Source: Callorhinchus milii
Taxonomy: Eukaryota
Reading direction: 5' to 3'
Assembly (NCBI RefSeq): GCF_018977255.1
Contig: NW_024704767.1
Span: forward strand, 4,216,001 to 4,280,000
DNA: 64,000 nucleotides
Under the pieces are notes generated by a model that saw nothing but the letters and a program-made list of their open reading frames with translations, did not search any database and had not been told where the DNA came from. Shown one piece after another: positions 13,206 through 24,400 of the stretch. Position 1 is the stretch's first letter, and every line of letters begins with the position of its first letter. Both the position numbers and the translations under genes were made by a program.

Positions 13206-14384
13206 CACGCCCACAATTTTGACCCTCAAACAGTATAGCACACTGTTCAGTGACCCAATACTGGTTCCCATAAAGCTAAGAATGTATACGTGTGAGTTGT
13301 AAGTTTCTACACACCCACGTAGTCACAGTCACAGATAGTTCTCAGCAAACTGTTGTGCAATGATTTCTGGAAGAGAAAATAAAACTGTCCATGTACCCCT
13401 TAATCATGTAAATATAAAAAGGTCAACAGTCAAAGGGGATCATCTGAATAAAACAGATGATTATATTTCCAATGAGCATGTCTCGGTGGTTATAAATATT
13501 TGAGATGAGAAATTGGCAGAAGTTTATGGTCTGCGGTGTATTGTGTTTGTCTTTGGAATCAAATTGTCATTCTGGTCAACATTATATGCACATGAAGTGA
13601 ACCACAGCAAACAAAATCTCACGACCCATGAACTACCCAGTCAGAGCCTCGGAAAGGTTCTGAGCTGAAAGGCTGTATAGGATAACATTCTACTTCACAT
13701 CATTCTGAACTACAAGTATTTTGTCCAGTTTCTGTATTACATAATACTAATAATAATCCTTACATTGAATACAGTGCATTTCATGTCATTACATTTCAGA
13801 GCTCTTCACAGCATATGGGGTAAATTATAATGACTGTGTACATTGTAGGTGAACATGGCAGTCAATGTGGACAGCAATGTCCCAGTTTTATTTTGTGGGG
13901 GTTGTTGGTGTGGGCATTCTATATAACAAAAGGGTTGGATAGCTTGTTCATGTACTGTAAATACTGTAATGCTACAATAGTATAAAAGCCCATTCCACAA
14001 TAAAGGTTTGTTTAGTATTCTCTAATACCTTGTCTATACCTATCTCTGCACTCTTTGCTTGAAGCAGAGAAGCGACGTGTAAGGGAAAGCCCGATTTATT
14101 CCCCTCATCCAAATTGCACTGATTAGGGGCTGTTAACAATGTATTCTGCATGAAAGAAGTTTCTCCCAATGACAAATACCCAGAAAAAATTGGTTATTCA
14201 CTTCATCGCTGTCTGTGGAATATTGCTGTGCACAAATTGGTTGCTGCATTCACCTGCAAAACACACAGTCACAGAACTTTACAGTAAACCCTGTGAAGCT
14301 CTTTGAGACATCGTCCTGGCATTAGATTATGGCCGCTCTTCATCACACCCCAGGACAATGCTCCCAGTTCATGTCCTTGCTCAT

Positions 14385-14470
14385 AACCTGATCCCTGACT
14401 GTTCAGTGTCTTGGGACGTTCTCCCAAAGGGAAAGACGCTTTACAAATGTAATTTTGTTGTTGTTGTTGC
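14385..14470 (+). mobile_element. L2 3' terminus with (GTT)n tail
   Basis: TTGGGACGTTCTCCCAAAGGGAAAGACGCTTTACAAATGTAATTTT(GTT)n resembles the tail of the L2 at 6143 and the copies at 18073-18152 and 60237-60315. Confidence 0.65.
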
Positions 14471-14524
14471 TGCTGCTATGCTCCTTACTGGGAGCATAGC
14501 AGCAGCAACAACAACAACAAAATT
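14451..14524. repeat. Perfect 34-bp inverted repeat with a 6-nt spacer
   Basis: AATTTTGTTGTTGTTGTTGCTGCTGCTATGCTCC (14451-14484), spacer TTACTG, then GGAGCATAGCAGCAGCAACAACAACAACAAAATT (14491-14524); 34/34 complementary. Confidence 0.95.
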
Positions 14525-14542
14525 GACCTGGGGTGTGATGAA

Positions 14543-14684
14543 TTGCTGTGCGCAATTGGCTGCCGCGTTTGCCCACAAATATACAGTCAATTCACTTTAC
14601 AGTATATTCTGTGAAGCGCTTTGCGACATCCTCCCGACGTGAAAAGCGCTATATCAAATGCAAGGATTATTATTATTATTATTA
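14543..14684 (+). mobile_element. 5'-truncated SINE (3' half with L2-like tail and (ATT)n)
   Basis: TGCTGTGCGCAATTGGCTGCCGCG...CAGTCAATTCACTTTACAGTATATTCTGTGAAGCGCTTTG...GCGCTATATCAAATGCAAGG(ATT)n, closely similar to the copies at 33940, 43161 and 56016. An older copy of the same region lies at ~14190-14315. Confidence 0.85.
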
Positions 14685-17679
14685 CTGACACATTTGCTGA
14701 CAGCAAAATTCAGAATGGAATAAAGGTGAAGGGAAGAGGAAAGAGAGGACCATGGTAGAGGGGCTGGACGCAGTGGAGGCTTATGTGGAGTATAATCATT
14801 GGCTAGTTGGGCCAAATGGCCTGTATCTGAGTCCTATAGAATTTCACGTTCAAATCAAATGCAAGGATTATTTTTATTATTATCACGTGAGAAGGGATTG
14901 GGTGTTCCCTAACCTTTAGCCTGATTAATTATTCATGGAAGATAAGCTGTTTCTTTACCAAAGGTCTCTTTGAAATACCACATGTTACTATGTGCTTAGT
15001 GTTGCCTAGGAAACAGCCTGCCTTGAATAATCAAAGGTATGTAAAATGAAAGCAGTCCACTTGAATAAAGTCTAAATTCTAAAGTTAAAAACCTACCAAA
15101 CAGAACAAGAAGAATAGCTCCACAAATAATAATATCTCAACCAACAATTCTATTTCACGGTGAGATAAACTTTTAAAATCCGGGTGGCATCCGCAGAGCT
15201 CTTCATCATTTCTGTTTCAACCTTACAAGGTGTGACCTGTTAAGAGTGTCATCCAGTTACAGATTCATCGAAAGTTTTTTTTATGAAAGTCATTTTGCAC
15301 ATCAGTGCACTCAGAAAATTACATTCAGCTGCAATCACTTGAAAATTCTTGAAGCAAAACAAATCTTTCCTATCGCAAAGATCAAACTGTATCTCAGTAA
15401 CACTGTAACTTGCAATCCTGAGACATAGGTATGTCAGTTCACCTCAACTTAGAAAGAATCAGCCATTTCCATCATTAGTTGGCATCGATATGTCTCTGGA
15501 TGGAGAGCTCTCAGTCTTCAATTGTAAGATAGAGCAGAATTATGGAAAATTCAGTCTTAATTTCGAAGTTGTTTCATTATTAAGAACTGTGGAAAACCAG
15601 TTTCCAAATTTTGGGAGTGCATTTCAGAATTTTCCACTATTCTGCGTCATCTCAAGTAGGACCTATCACATATATTGCCGTCACTTATATCTTCTTAATC
15701 AACGACAGCGACTTGGAAGAGAACAGTCATAAATCAGAGCAAATATGAAACTCCTGTGAAGCAAGAGTCCAGAGATCAAACTAGGCAAGCAGGGAGAAAT
15801 AAATTCATTGATTGACTTGTGCATTGGAGCGTTATTGCTATTTGCAGTGGAGGGTAGAGAGATAATTGAGTAAGATAATATTTTCAGAATAGGCTGAATG
15901 GTTATCAACTGTCATAGGATTATCCAGTATGACAATCTGTCATAATCCATTATGATCTTCTTCATCTATTATCACTGAAGAGTTGAAATAGTGTAATCTG
16001 CATGTGGAAGCATTTCTATAAAGACCCAACTGTTTTAAACGCTGCAATACCACCATTATTGTGATGCTGAAAAAATCAGAACGCACTCTGAGCTGCTTAC
16101 CATTGTACAGACTGCCAACTGGATGCCTTGTTTTACACAAGGAAGTTCTACCTTAGAGCAATGACCCTTAACTGCAACCCAGGAGAATGACTGGTAACTT
16201 CTTTAAAATCAAATGTTGCTCCAATGGGCCACTTAGTTGGAAATTCATAAACCTGACTTGTTTTTAAGCTTATTCCAATTCCCTTCACGAAAACGTGGCC
16301 TGAACATGTTCACTGGCATCTGAATGGTATTTATTCCTGACCCTTTGGAAGGTGGGGGAGAGGGGGGTGGGGAAGTGGGTGGCTTCTGCGAGCAGAAAGG
16401 ATTTAAAATTAAATGTTTGATGATCTGTTGTTTATAAAGGGGAACGATTAAGAACCCGAGGCTCTGGTCTGAGTGTTTTTTTCCTGGGAGGACAGGCTGG
16501 ATTCCCTGGCAGACGACAGGAGTTCATATCGATTAACCCTGACAAATTCTACATCTAGATGTCTTCGAGATCTACGGCCTCCCCCAAAGCTATTGCATGT
16601 TCATTGCTCACTTGTTAATATAAGTCTGTTGTATTAAATGGACATTTCCTCCTCATATCCTTGTGTACCACAATGCCTGTTGCTTTGATCCCATGATGTG
16701 CCAGCACTGTGGCAAATTTCCAACTTCTAACCATCTCCACCACAATCACCGTGACCACCATTGCTACCAGCCATTCCCACAGTATTGCAGTGCAGAAAAT
16801 TATAAACTTTCTACTTCATTTTGTCGTAGACCAAAATGACAAAGCTGCCAAATCTAAATGCTCTTCTGCGCAATTTCTAGAAAGAAATAACAACAGTTAA
16901 TGAAACTATTAGATGCAGACAAGTACAGTCATGAGATGCTTTTACGATAAATCCTAATTATACCAGCTTTAGAAATGTTTCCGTATGTTATTTTCCATTC
17001 TCAAGTTTTAAAGCAATGCACTTTTAGCTTCTATCTCGTGCGAGGGCCAACTGTGCATTGTGAGTAAAGTGCTAGTGGAAAAGTATCAAGTATCAACAGA
17101 ATTGCACATCTTGAATTTCTGTAGATTTCCAAGTACCCAATGCAGAACTGTGCCATAGTAGAAGGCATTATCAAGGAGATCATCATTTCAGGTCCTCGTC
17201 GTAACATTGTGTTGTGTGCTTTCTATGCCAATGTAAGGGGAAAAACACAAGGCAATGCTTTGAACACCATCTACTTTGCATGCTGCTCAACACCCCAAAA
17301 CTGATCAGATTACTTATTCATCACCCGCACAGGTGGTGGCAAAAACACTCCAAGGCCTTCGTCATCATCTTACACACAGCTCAGCCTGGGGGAGATTACC
17401 TAGCACTGTCACAGTAACTACAGCAGTATCTTATTGCTGTTTCAACCCTAAATTTCATCAAAGGTTGCGTAAATACAGCCCAAATAGAATAGTTGCTCAT
17501 TACTGTCTTTTGTCACCATTAGCAGCACCATTTTCATGAAAAAATCCTCAACAAACTTTTTTTTCCTATAGAAGTGCGCACCACAATGTCAATGGCTTCA
17601 GCATTCACTTGCAGACAACATTATTATGTTCTGGATCTTCTGAACATTTCCTATAGACATTTTTTTATGAAGTTACTGC

Positions 17680-18072
17680 TTCTTGGAGCAGAGAAGGTTA
17701 CGAGGAGACTTAATAAAAGTTTTCAAAATTATGAGGGGATTTGATAGGGTGAACAAGGAGAAACTGTTTTCACTGGCAGGTGGGTCAATAACCCAAGGAC
17801 ACCAATTTAAAATAGTTGTTAAAAGAAACAGGGGAGGTAAGAATTTTTTTTCACACAGCGAGTTGTTCAGATCTGGAATGCATTACCTGAAAGGGTGGTG
17901 GAAGCTGATTTGATAACAACTTTTATGAGAAATGTAGATAATTATTTGGGGAGGACAAGTTTACAGGGCTATGGGGACAGTGGGATTGAATTGGATCGCT
18001 CTTTTCAAAAAGCCGGTACAGACACAATGGGCCGAATGGCCTCCTTCTGTGCTGTATAATTCTATGATTCTA
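17680..18072 (+). mobile_element. 5'-truncated CR1 LINE: ORF2 C-terminus and 3' UTR
   Basis: ORF 17683..17913 reads LEQRRLRGDLIKVFKIMRGFDRVNKEKLF...T.GH..K, the CR1 signature, then frameshifts. The 3' end GGGCCGAATGGCCTCCTTCTGTGCTGTA..ATTCTATGATTCTA carries the CR1 terminal octamer repeat. Confidence 0.92.
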
Positions 18073-18152
18073 AATCCCTGAATGTCCAGTGCTTTGGGAT
18101 GTCCTCCCAATATGAAAGACTCTATACAAATGTAATTTTGTATTGTATTGTA
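18073..18152 (+). mobile_element. L2 3' terminus with (TGTAT)n tail, directly abutting the CR1 tail
   Basis: AATCCCTGAATGTCCAGTGCTTTGGGATGTCCTCCC...TATACAAATGTAATTTTGTATTGTATTG, with a near-identical arrangement at 60237-60315. Confidence 0.6.
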
Positions 18153-19012
18153 TCACACCTCAGCACTAATCAACAGCAACAACATTCTGTTTGGTCAGTT
18201 CATTGATTCCAATGTGGAGGTGCAAAGGAAATTACTTGATCAGATGTTTTATTTCTAAAAAAAACTCATCTCAATTCTGAAAATATTATACATTAGCTAG
18301 TAATTACGCTTGTCTATAACATGACTGTCAGCAGCTGCATATTTACAATGCAGAAGTCCTCAACAAAATAGTTGCAAAAACACATCAACCAATTTTACTA
18401 GATTCCTAAAGCATTCGTCACAATCACAGATATTCATCATTGTTTTCTATTGCTAATTTGCATCTGAGCACATTACAACACAGGCTGGTCTAACAAGAAA
18501 AACCCTACTTCTAGCAGAAGAGCTCTAATCTTGAGATAAGACCTACTCTGTTATTCCAAGCTGGTTTGTAATGAGTTTTGCTCAGCTTTAGGTTGTAGAA
18601 AACACTATCAAACAAATTATGAGCAATGCTAATCAGTGTTCATTTGAAATTTACATGAAGCATTTATAATCCGTTGCAATTTAATAAGAGGGAAGGAGCA
18701 AACCATTTAATTATTTTCTGGACATACAGTAATTTGCACTTTTTAAATTGAAGTTTGCTGTCATAGGAAAATACAATTTCCTACACATTGCCTTTTGTTC
18801 ATTATTGTTTGATTGCATGTCATTGTCAACAGCAGCACCAGATTCAAATAGAGCAACTTAACAGACAACAGATACTAGAATTGTAATGAAGCTCCTGACA
18901 ACCTGCAAATAATCATTGAGTTAGGTTCTGAAAGCTTAGCTCAGATGTCTGTGCATTACTTTCAGCAATGTTCTTTACCATTTAACGAGGTAATACAAAT
19001 GTGCTCACTTAC

Positions 19013-19130
19013 TGTAATGAAAAACAATCCTCGGAATGATATCATCCTCTGTGGAAGCAGCCTGAGTAAATGCAGCTGTATATAAAGTACTAACTGTCAG
19101 CAATAGAAATTTTGCAAGATTTGAGTGCAT
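19013..19130 (-). CDS. sema4b: Semaphorin-4B-like, first coding exon (118 coding bp): MHSNLAKFLLLTVSTLYTAAFTQAASTEDDIIPRIVFHY
   Basis: ATG at 19130-19128 in a good Kozak context (gtcaccATGc). Encodes a hydrophobic signal-peptide-like segment followed by the semaphorin N-terminal PR motif. The consensus donor A|GTAAGT at 19012-19011 is phase 1 and joins exon 2 (A+AC = Asn) in frame across a 15,006-bp intron. Confidence 0.9.
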
Positions 19131-19353
19131 GGTGACTGCAGACTGGTAGTAAAGTCTATACTTGTCTCCCCTGTCTTCTCGTCTTCAAAGAGCTTGAGTC
19201 AATTTGTAATCCACAGGTAAACAATGCAGTCTGGAACAACACTCGTAGGTTTTCACTGAGGTGGAATGAACGCTGCTTCTATTACTCATCAGTAGTTACC
19301 CCAAACCAGTTTCCACACGTCCAACCAGATCAGAGCAGGCTTCTTGGTTGAAC
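19131..19353 (-). other. sema4b: Predicted 5' UTR part of the ATG-containing exon (223 nt)
   Basis: A strong acceptor, caacttttctatttcAG|G, sits at 19355-19354 upstream of the ATG. It implies an internal exon 19353-19013 and an upstream non-coding exon. No transcript evidence is available. Confidence 0.6.
19185..19289 (-). other. Upstream ORF (34 aa, MSNRSSVHSTSVKTYECCSRLHCLPVDYKLTQAL*) in the predicted 5' UTR
   Basis: The only upstream ATG in the predicted UTR exon (19289-19287), ending at TGA 19187-19185. It is in the same frame as the main ATG (offset 159 nt). Confidence 0.55.
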
Positions 19354-20080
19354 CTGAAATAGAAAAGTTGAGCAAGTTAGAAAATGATCAATTGTAGCAG
19401 GAAAAACATAATTTCTGATAAAGTCAATTGCTTCCAATGACGCTTGATCGGTTCTATAGTAGCATCCTTTGAAGAAGTCAGCACACTTAAATACTTATTT
19501 GCGATTTACTGACTCACATTGCAACTTGAGTGCAATTCAAAGCCAGCTTATGGCACATAACTTTTACTAGTTTTAATATAGGTAAGAAAGCAGATCAGAG
19601 CCTTGTTTCAGTAATGTAGGTTACATGTTCAATTCATCTGGCATATGCGTGCCTTGATCTCAACTCTATATATACATATATAGAGAGTACAAGGACACTA
19701 TAAAACATGTACAATTAAATAGCTTTGAACTATATCATTTTTCTACTCTTTCCTTATTCTAGATAGTCTCCACTAGTGAACAGGGAAAGTAAATTATGTG
19801 CTTGCATTCCACTGTCAATGGTGCCCTTTTATAAGCTTTGGGGGCACCCCAAAGCGAGACCACAGCTCCACACTGGCTGCATCAGGAGAAATTCCTGTGA
19901 GCTTCTATTGTTTGGAACGTCCCACTCACAACAATCCATTTACATCCTCGTGCCATGGGACAAGAATCCACCCGTCTTCAGCAAAGTCCTGTGACAATTC
20001 CATAGGTTGCTTACTGTGAACTGGTTTACATCATCCCAGCTTGGAGGACAGTACCTGGATATATCCACCAGACCTCAGAT

Positions 20081-20250
20081 AAATTTGGTAAGTTCACTTC
20101 ATGGCTGTTTGTGGGACATTACTGTGCACAAATTCACTGCCACATTCGCTTTCAAATTATGCAGTCACACTTACTTTCTAGTGTGAATCACGTTGAGATG
20201 TCATCATGACGTGAACAGTGCTATATCAAATTCAAGGATTGCTTATTAAT
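20081..20250 (+). mobile_element. SINE 3' half, degraded
   Basis: GGCTGTTTGTGGGACATTACTGTGCACAAATT...GTGCTATATCAAATTCAAGGATT matches the family tail. Confidence 0.7.
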
Positions 20251-21139
20251 AGCAGTAGTATTTGGGAATTATATTCATTTTGTGTCCAGTAGGACCAAAG
20301 CATATTTATTAATGAACAAATAATAATAATCATCTTTACATTTGATATTGCGCCTTTCAAGTCATAATTCCACCCCCCCCACAATTGTCTGTTTCAATAT
20401 TTCCAACATCTTAAAGAAGCAAACACCACAACATGAAATAGAACTATAGATAAACATACAATTGTCCCTGTATTAACTTAAACCAACATTCCCTCAATAC
20501 CAAAAACGTACAATAATGAATTCACGTAAATCTTTCAGCAACTTACTGTCTCCAGCAACAGTTTTAATTAAGTTTGCAATGCATTTGGATCTGAGGAAAA
20601 CCCACAGTCACGTCACCCGATTAAAATTCAAGACGGACACAAGGGAAAAGTATATTACCTGAATGCAGTCTTCTGAATACAATGTATGAAAGGAAATTGA
20701 AAGCACAGGCTTCATTATCTATACTGTGACTCATTCTCAATCCGTAAACAGCATTCATAAGTCCATTTCTATTAAATGAGCCTGTACCTCTTCAGCAAGC
20801 TACACTTAGTGGCAAACCTTGATGGTTTCCTGGAACAATGAGGGGAAAAAACACCTAACAGTCATTAGGAGTGGTTTCAAAAAAATAAAAAGCATTTCGG
20901 AATAGGTTCTGTAAGGAACCACTAGGAAGAACTGGGTGTGGTACACAGTAAAACAAAATCAATTTACCCAAACCTTGGTTTGTTATGATCATGGCTGGGG
21001 GGGAGGGGATTTAAGGAGTTGAGATTTTACTAATACACAGATTGCCTTGGGCCAAAATAAATCCAATCCAAACTGACAGCAAACGAGGGATCTCAGCCAA
21101 GATTTCACTTCTGCTGCTGGATCTGAATTCAGTTCCAAT

Positions 21140-21480
21140 ACACCAGGCGGGGGGCAAAGTAGGCATATTACCCACTGCCGGTGGCAAGAGAGGTAAAAAA
21201 TAAATCCACAAGCTCTCCGGGCAACTTAAAACACACCCCAGAAGCCTGTAATCACTATTTACCTACTGCCTGTACTTAGCGTACAGACAAATGAAAGGTC
21301 GATCTGGACAGCTTGCATTCAAAAAGCAGAGGAAACGCAAAGAGAGAGAGAGAGAGAGAGAGTGAGTGCTGGAGCTCCAAGTCTATTTGTGTTGTTACCT
21401 GCCTTCCTGGAAGGTGAGCAGACCTCACAAATGATGAGTGGAGGGGGGCGGGAGAGTGCTGAATGGAAAATACCCCCAAT
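21140..21480 (-). promoter_or_regulatory. Candidate promoter or first non-coding exon region of the semaphorin gene
   Basis: Locally GC-richer, with a GC box GGGGCGGG (21445-21452), GGCGGGGGG (21146-21154), a CT/GA repeat and minus-strand donor-like sites (TAG|GTAAAT at 21262-21261; CAG|GTAACA at 21398-21397). It lies 2 kb upstream of the UTR acceptor. Inference only. Confidence 0.25.
21341..21362. repeat. (AG)11 microsatellite
   Basis: Read directly. Other simple repeats: (AAT)n ~8324-8341, (TA)n ~24113-24130, (AG)n ~26908-26923 and ~32839-32860, (CAG)n-like ~46257-46281, (TG)n ~60394-60425. Confidence 0.9.
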
Positions 21481-24400
21481 AAACACACTGGTCATAAAGC
21501 AGACAGAGAGGGGAACTCATTAAATAGACACCAGTATCCTGCCTAATGGTTGTAATTCTGTTACCTGATACCAGAGGTTGGATCAGACTATTATTTTGGG
21601 GGCAGTCTGTGAAGCTGGAAAATAATACATACAATCTGAATAATAAACCATGCGACAGGTCTCATCGTCATCGAGTCCTGGCTCTGTGTGCATTCGGGGG
21701 TTGAACATGATAGCCACGTATTTAACTTCAGAGACACTTCTTTCTTATGCCCCTTGTGTGCTTTGAAGTTCTTAAGGGTCCATGAAGAACCGCCCATGAA
21801 GTAATTGGTCTGCCTTTCACAGGTGCTATGGAATTCTATAAAGAACAAGGATCTGTAAAAGGAGATGCATGTAAAGCCTGGGTAGCCACAGAGGCATCTG
21901 GTAAGGTTATTTGCTGCCTCAGGGTTTGAACGTAAAAATGTTTCACTTGGAAGAGCCTTCTTCCCCAGAACCTCTGTTGTGGTCTTGTATTTTTTTTTGG
22001 CCTCCATAATGCAAATGCATTTCTGGCTTCATCTCATGGTAACAGTTAATGATGCCCCTTTTCAGAAATAGATTGCGGATCTGTTCTCGTTAGTTGACGA
22101 ATGTAAGGATTTAAAATTAGTTGATAAGATAAGGGGAAGAATGTAATGGAAAAAACTAGGAAATACTGTAAATTTGTATGAGCTGACCTTATCAGTTCCA
22201 ACCAATGCAGTAGGCAGCACTGGCACAAACCTTACATGTTTAACAAAGCGTTGAATACATTAGTTTACCATAAACCAATATTCACTTTATTCTATCCAGT
22301 TATTATGCTGCTTCACTCCCTTGACACTGTTGAAGTGAAGTGAGTTTACAGTGCTGGCTGCAGACAATAGATACTAACGTTTGTTCAGTGGCGAGGTCGC
22401 TGCAAATCTATTAAAAAGTTTAACATTTTAGTCCGAATTCTCCATGAATAAAGTGCGTGCAGCCCATGACTGCTGGCGTAGCTACATTAATTCTATAAGG
22501 ATTGTAGTGTTACAGAATCATTGCTTCAATTCATCTGCAGCTGGCAACTACACAGCCACCAAGTTCCATGTATTTTATAATTTGTTCTGATTAGCATCTC
22601 TACGGCATGCCATTTAATAAAAAAAATCTATTAAAGGAATCTAGGATGTTGTTCAGCATCAATGGGATTATTTCTAGTCACAGTCTTTAATTTACGATTT
22701 CCTCCTCTGGTCTCTTCCTTATTTTTCCTCCCTTTGTTCAGACCTCGCCCTCCACATCACATACTGCTTGTATTCAGACAGCCTATTCCCACACCTCTGT
22801 CAATGCTGGTGATACGCATGAGTAGATCGGATTGACTTGGCTTCTGATTGTTCTTCCCTGTGGAAAACTGCCTCACTTTTGCTTTGCACTTCCCTGTTGG
22901 CCTGGCTGAGATCATTCGCTATATAAAGCTCCAAGCATTGTGCGTTGCTGGAAAGTACAGAGCCATAATATAGTCCTTATCATTTAGTGTGTCATCGACA
23001 GTGTAAATGATAATTATCTAACAATCCTAATAATCATTGCATATGATATAATGCTTTTCACATCGGGAGGACATCTCAAAGCACTTCACAAAATATATTA
23101 TAAAGTTTAGTGACTGTGTATTTTGTGGGTGAATAAGTGGCTTTATATGAATCAAATCCTTATATTAAAAGGGTTCTCCCCCCTCCCATATTTCCCTTCT
23201 CCTGAAGAAACTATCTAATACTGGAGTATAATTCCATTCTGCAGTATTTTGCCACGTGGCCATTTTTGACGTGTGCAGCAAGTGTTGACCCTTTGCCCTG
23301 GTAGACAATCCTCATGACTGTTTATGGGACTTTGCTCGTACAAACAGTGCTGCTGGTATGTGCCACACAAAACCAATGACAATTCTTAACAGTAATTAAC
23401 CGTGATGACTCAAATGTTCCAAAGTGATGAGGTGTTTTAACAATGAAAGTTCTCTCTTTCATTTGCTGATCATATTGCCAAGTTTAGAACAGTAGACTGA
23501 GATTTCCAATGGTTCTAGAGTAATATTTCATACGTTTAATATTGGTTTCACTTCACAACTATGAACACGTGAAACTGCGTCACTTGGTAAATGTAGTGTA
23601 AAGTTTAGAGTAAGACATTCACAACTTTAGTCCTGTGACGCTTGCTAAATCACCTGATTTTATACAAAGAACCACAAGATCACTTCCGTCAAGAATATCA
23701 CTTGACTGTCCTCCAATTACAGCATCAAGCTATTTATTTCTTAGATGAATTCAGTGTCCTGGCCTCAACCATACTTTCTGGTTAGCTGTTCTAGGGCCAA
23801 AGACATATTATTCACCTACAAAATAAACAGTCTCCACACTTTACAGAATATCCTGTGAAGTGTTGTGAGATGTCCTCCTGACATGAATAGTGCAATATCA
23901 AATGCAAAGATTAGACATTATTATATATTTATTATCTAAACTGTCGATGGCACACTGTAAATTATTTAAATATATTTTTTGCCAACCAGTGCCTTTGGCC
24001 CTTGCCGACCAACACCTTACAATATCTGGAATTAGGTAAGTAGGGTTTATCCCTCCAAGCAGGGAAGGCACATTCCATCCCAGACACAGGAAAATTGCCA
24101 TGTGTAAGTGGTATATATATATATATATATGTATGTGGACTATCAGACGTGTTTGAATACTCTTAAGCATGATGATGGTTTCTGCATGTATCATCTGTTT
24201 ATTTATCCACTGTGTAAAGATATCCTTTTGTGGTGTCTGTTCTGAAACTGCTCTAGATTATAAGGTAAATCTCCATTGGAAAGTGCATGACTAAGCAGGC
24301 TCAGGTTATGATCATGAAGCTTCTAGATTGAAATAACTTGTGGTATTGACTATCCGGACACATGTTGAAAAAGGGCACCATAGCCAAGCACCAATGGTGC

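Noticed and set aside
14451-14524. Rho-independent terminator, CRISPR repeat or other prokaryotic-type structure
   Set aside because: The window is spliced vertebrate DNA. No regularly spaced repeat-spacer array, operon or prokaryotic gene is present anywhere in it.
15097-15236. Exon-like 140-bp segment on the minus strand (ttaacAG ... TTTG|GTAGGT) in the long intron, a possible poison exon
   Set aside because: The polypyrimidine tract is weak, all three frames contain stops and there is no homology. Such splice-like pairs are expected by chance in 15 kb.
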